From contig CM060732.1 in the NCBI GenBank assembly GCA_030704615.1, positions 31,620,001 to 31,684,000 on the forward strand: DNA of 64,000 nucleotides, read 5' to 3'. This stretch comes from Takakia lepidozioides. Lineage: Eukaryota; Plantae; Bryophyta. The notes beneath the pieces are model-generated. The model ran no database searches and was not told where the DNA came from. It saw nothing but the letters and a program-made list of their open reading frames with translations. Shown piece after piece: positions 62,602 through 64,000 of the stretch. Both the position numbers and the translations under genes were made by a program. Positions within the stretch are counted from its first letter, which is position 1, and every line of letters begins with the position of its first letter.

Positions 62602-64000
62602 CCCCTCAAGGACGAGGCGACCCGTATCGGGTCGGGTCGAAATTTCGATTGGATGATAAATGCGCAGATCATGTCGGATGAAAACGATTCCTGAACGAAA
62701 AGTGTAGCCTATAAATATTTACGGCCCCCTGTGTTGATTGCACCCTAAAAAATCTAATCCCCCGCCGTCAGGATTTTTTGGAATCTAGAGGGGTACCCAA
62801 AATCATGTGGTTTTGGGCCCGCCAGCAGGTTGATTGGCAGACGTGGCAGGCAGGATTGGGGGGTGGGTGGGCGTTTGCCGGCAGTGGGTGACAACAGGGG
62901 GCTGCATGTCCGCCCGTGCGGACAACGGCGAACTCCTGGCACGCATGAAACGCCAGGCACGTGGCCCAATCAGGTGGCGGGTCGCGGGGGCGGGAGATCC
63001 TCACCCGCGCAGGGTTTAGGTGCGTGGCCCAATCAGGTGGGAGATGGCGGGGACGGGAGCTCCTCTCTCGCTCTCTGCATTTTGCATATCGTGTCCTAAG
63101 TGCTACGATTGTCTCCTTGTAATCGAGCTTTTGCTTCGTTCTTTCTTGGCTTTTGCTTCGCTTTGGCTTTGCTGCGTCGATCTTAATATTTTGCCTATGA
63201 TTGCTCCGTTTCATTTTTTTGGGAGCTCATGTGCCGCTGTTGAGGAGCAGGGGGTGGCTGCACGTCTGTTCCGTTCGCTGGGATCATCCTCGACTTTGCC
63301 TTTACAGCGGCTCCTTCTCTTTACACCTGCTCATTACCTTCGTGTTGGGGCGCATGCGCAGTGATGGCGCTTCACAAGTATTGCGTAGCCATCTAACCAC
63401 TTATGTCGCGCACCTCACTTCGGTAAACTCCCCTTCAAGTCATAGTTACTCGCTTTGATGCGCGCGCCTGACTCCCAACCTGGCCGCCGGGCCAACTTGG
63501 AGCTTTGGCTGCTCACCGGGACATAACGGTCCCCTTCGCTCCCCCACTAAACCCTCCACCTATTTGGGCCTAGTGGAATTCCCTTTGGTAGATGGCAGTC
63601 CGGAACAGCTCCCCACTCTTTGGTCGCTTTCCGGCTCGCTCGCTCGCTCACTCACTAGTTTTTGGTCACCAACGGGCTTGCACCGTTCTCGGGGTTACTA
63701 CTCCCTATATATACTTCTGTAGCTGTCCGCGGGGGTTTCACAACCAGCCATGCCATTTTATGGCGAACCACCACGAAACCCCTCGACTCCCAGTGATGAG
63801 TCGCGGTGAGTTTTGGCCCACTCATCACGGCCCCTATGGACCGTGCTGAGTCCCAAGACTCCCCACGACTCCCACCACGAGGTCTCCGCCCCCATGGTGA
63901 GTCCTATGCCACCCCCACTAAGTCCCGCTAAGCTACCACCCCTTGTGGAGCCACCCCCACCGCAACCCGGTGTGCGGGGCTCCACCTAGTGAGCGCCTCC
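62602..64000. mobile_element. Left end of a putative piggyBac-like DNA transposon; runs off the window
   Basis: PPR homology stops exactly at TTAA (62598-62601), followed by CCCCTCAAGGAC, a subterminal palindrome CGACCCG-TAT-CGGGTCG and GC-rich internal repeats (cgtggcccaatcaggtgg x2). Confidence 0.55.

Overview
Gene-dense, intron-containing nuclear DNA of a non-seed land plant. A bryophyte such as a hornwort is likely, but that is inferred from gene content and intron style only. Host genes: a KLHDC4-like Kelch/DUF4110 gene (+), a YTH/ECT m6A reader (-), a long FYR-domain/WD40-like gene (-), a small Cys/His-rich protein (+), an intronless STN7/STN8-family thylakoid kinase (-) and RMI1 (-). 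Relics: a processed BASS2 pseudogene among probable LINE debris, a decayed mitochondrial uL13 gene, SINEs, MITEs, and a PLS-PPR fragment cut at TTAA by a piggyBac-like end. The main find is a ~4.3-kb insert (5010-9304) inside exon 3 of the uL13m gene. It carries an apparently intact five-exon gene for a ~976-aa protein that fuses a ParB/Srx-type domain to a beta-class N6A/N4C DNA amino-methyltransferase. The introns and 3' flank of that gene contain at least 8 copies of a 20-bp palindrome (GCARTTCCG-NN-CGGAAYTGC) with the same GTTCC-N4-GGAAC geometry as bacterial parS. This suggests a spliced, mobile ParB/parS-like DNA-methylation module in a plant genome. All calls were made by eye; no database searches were run.
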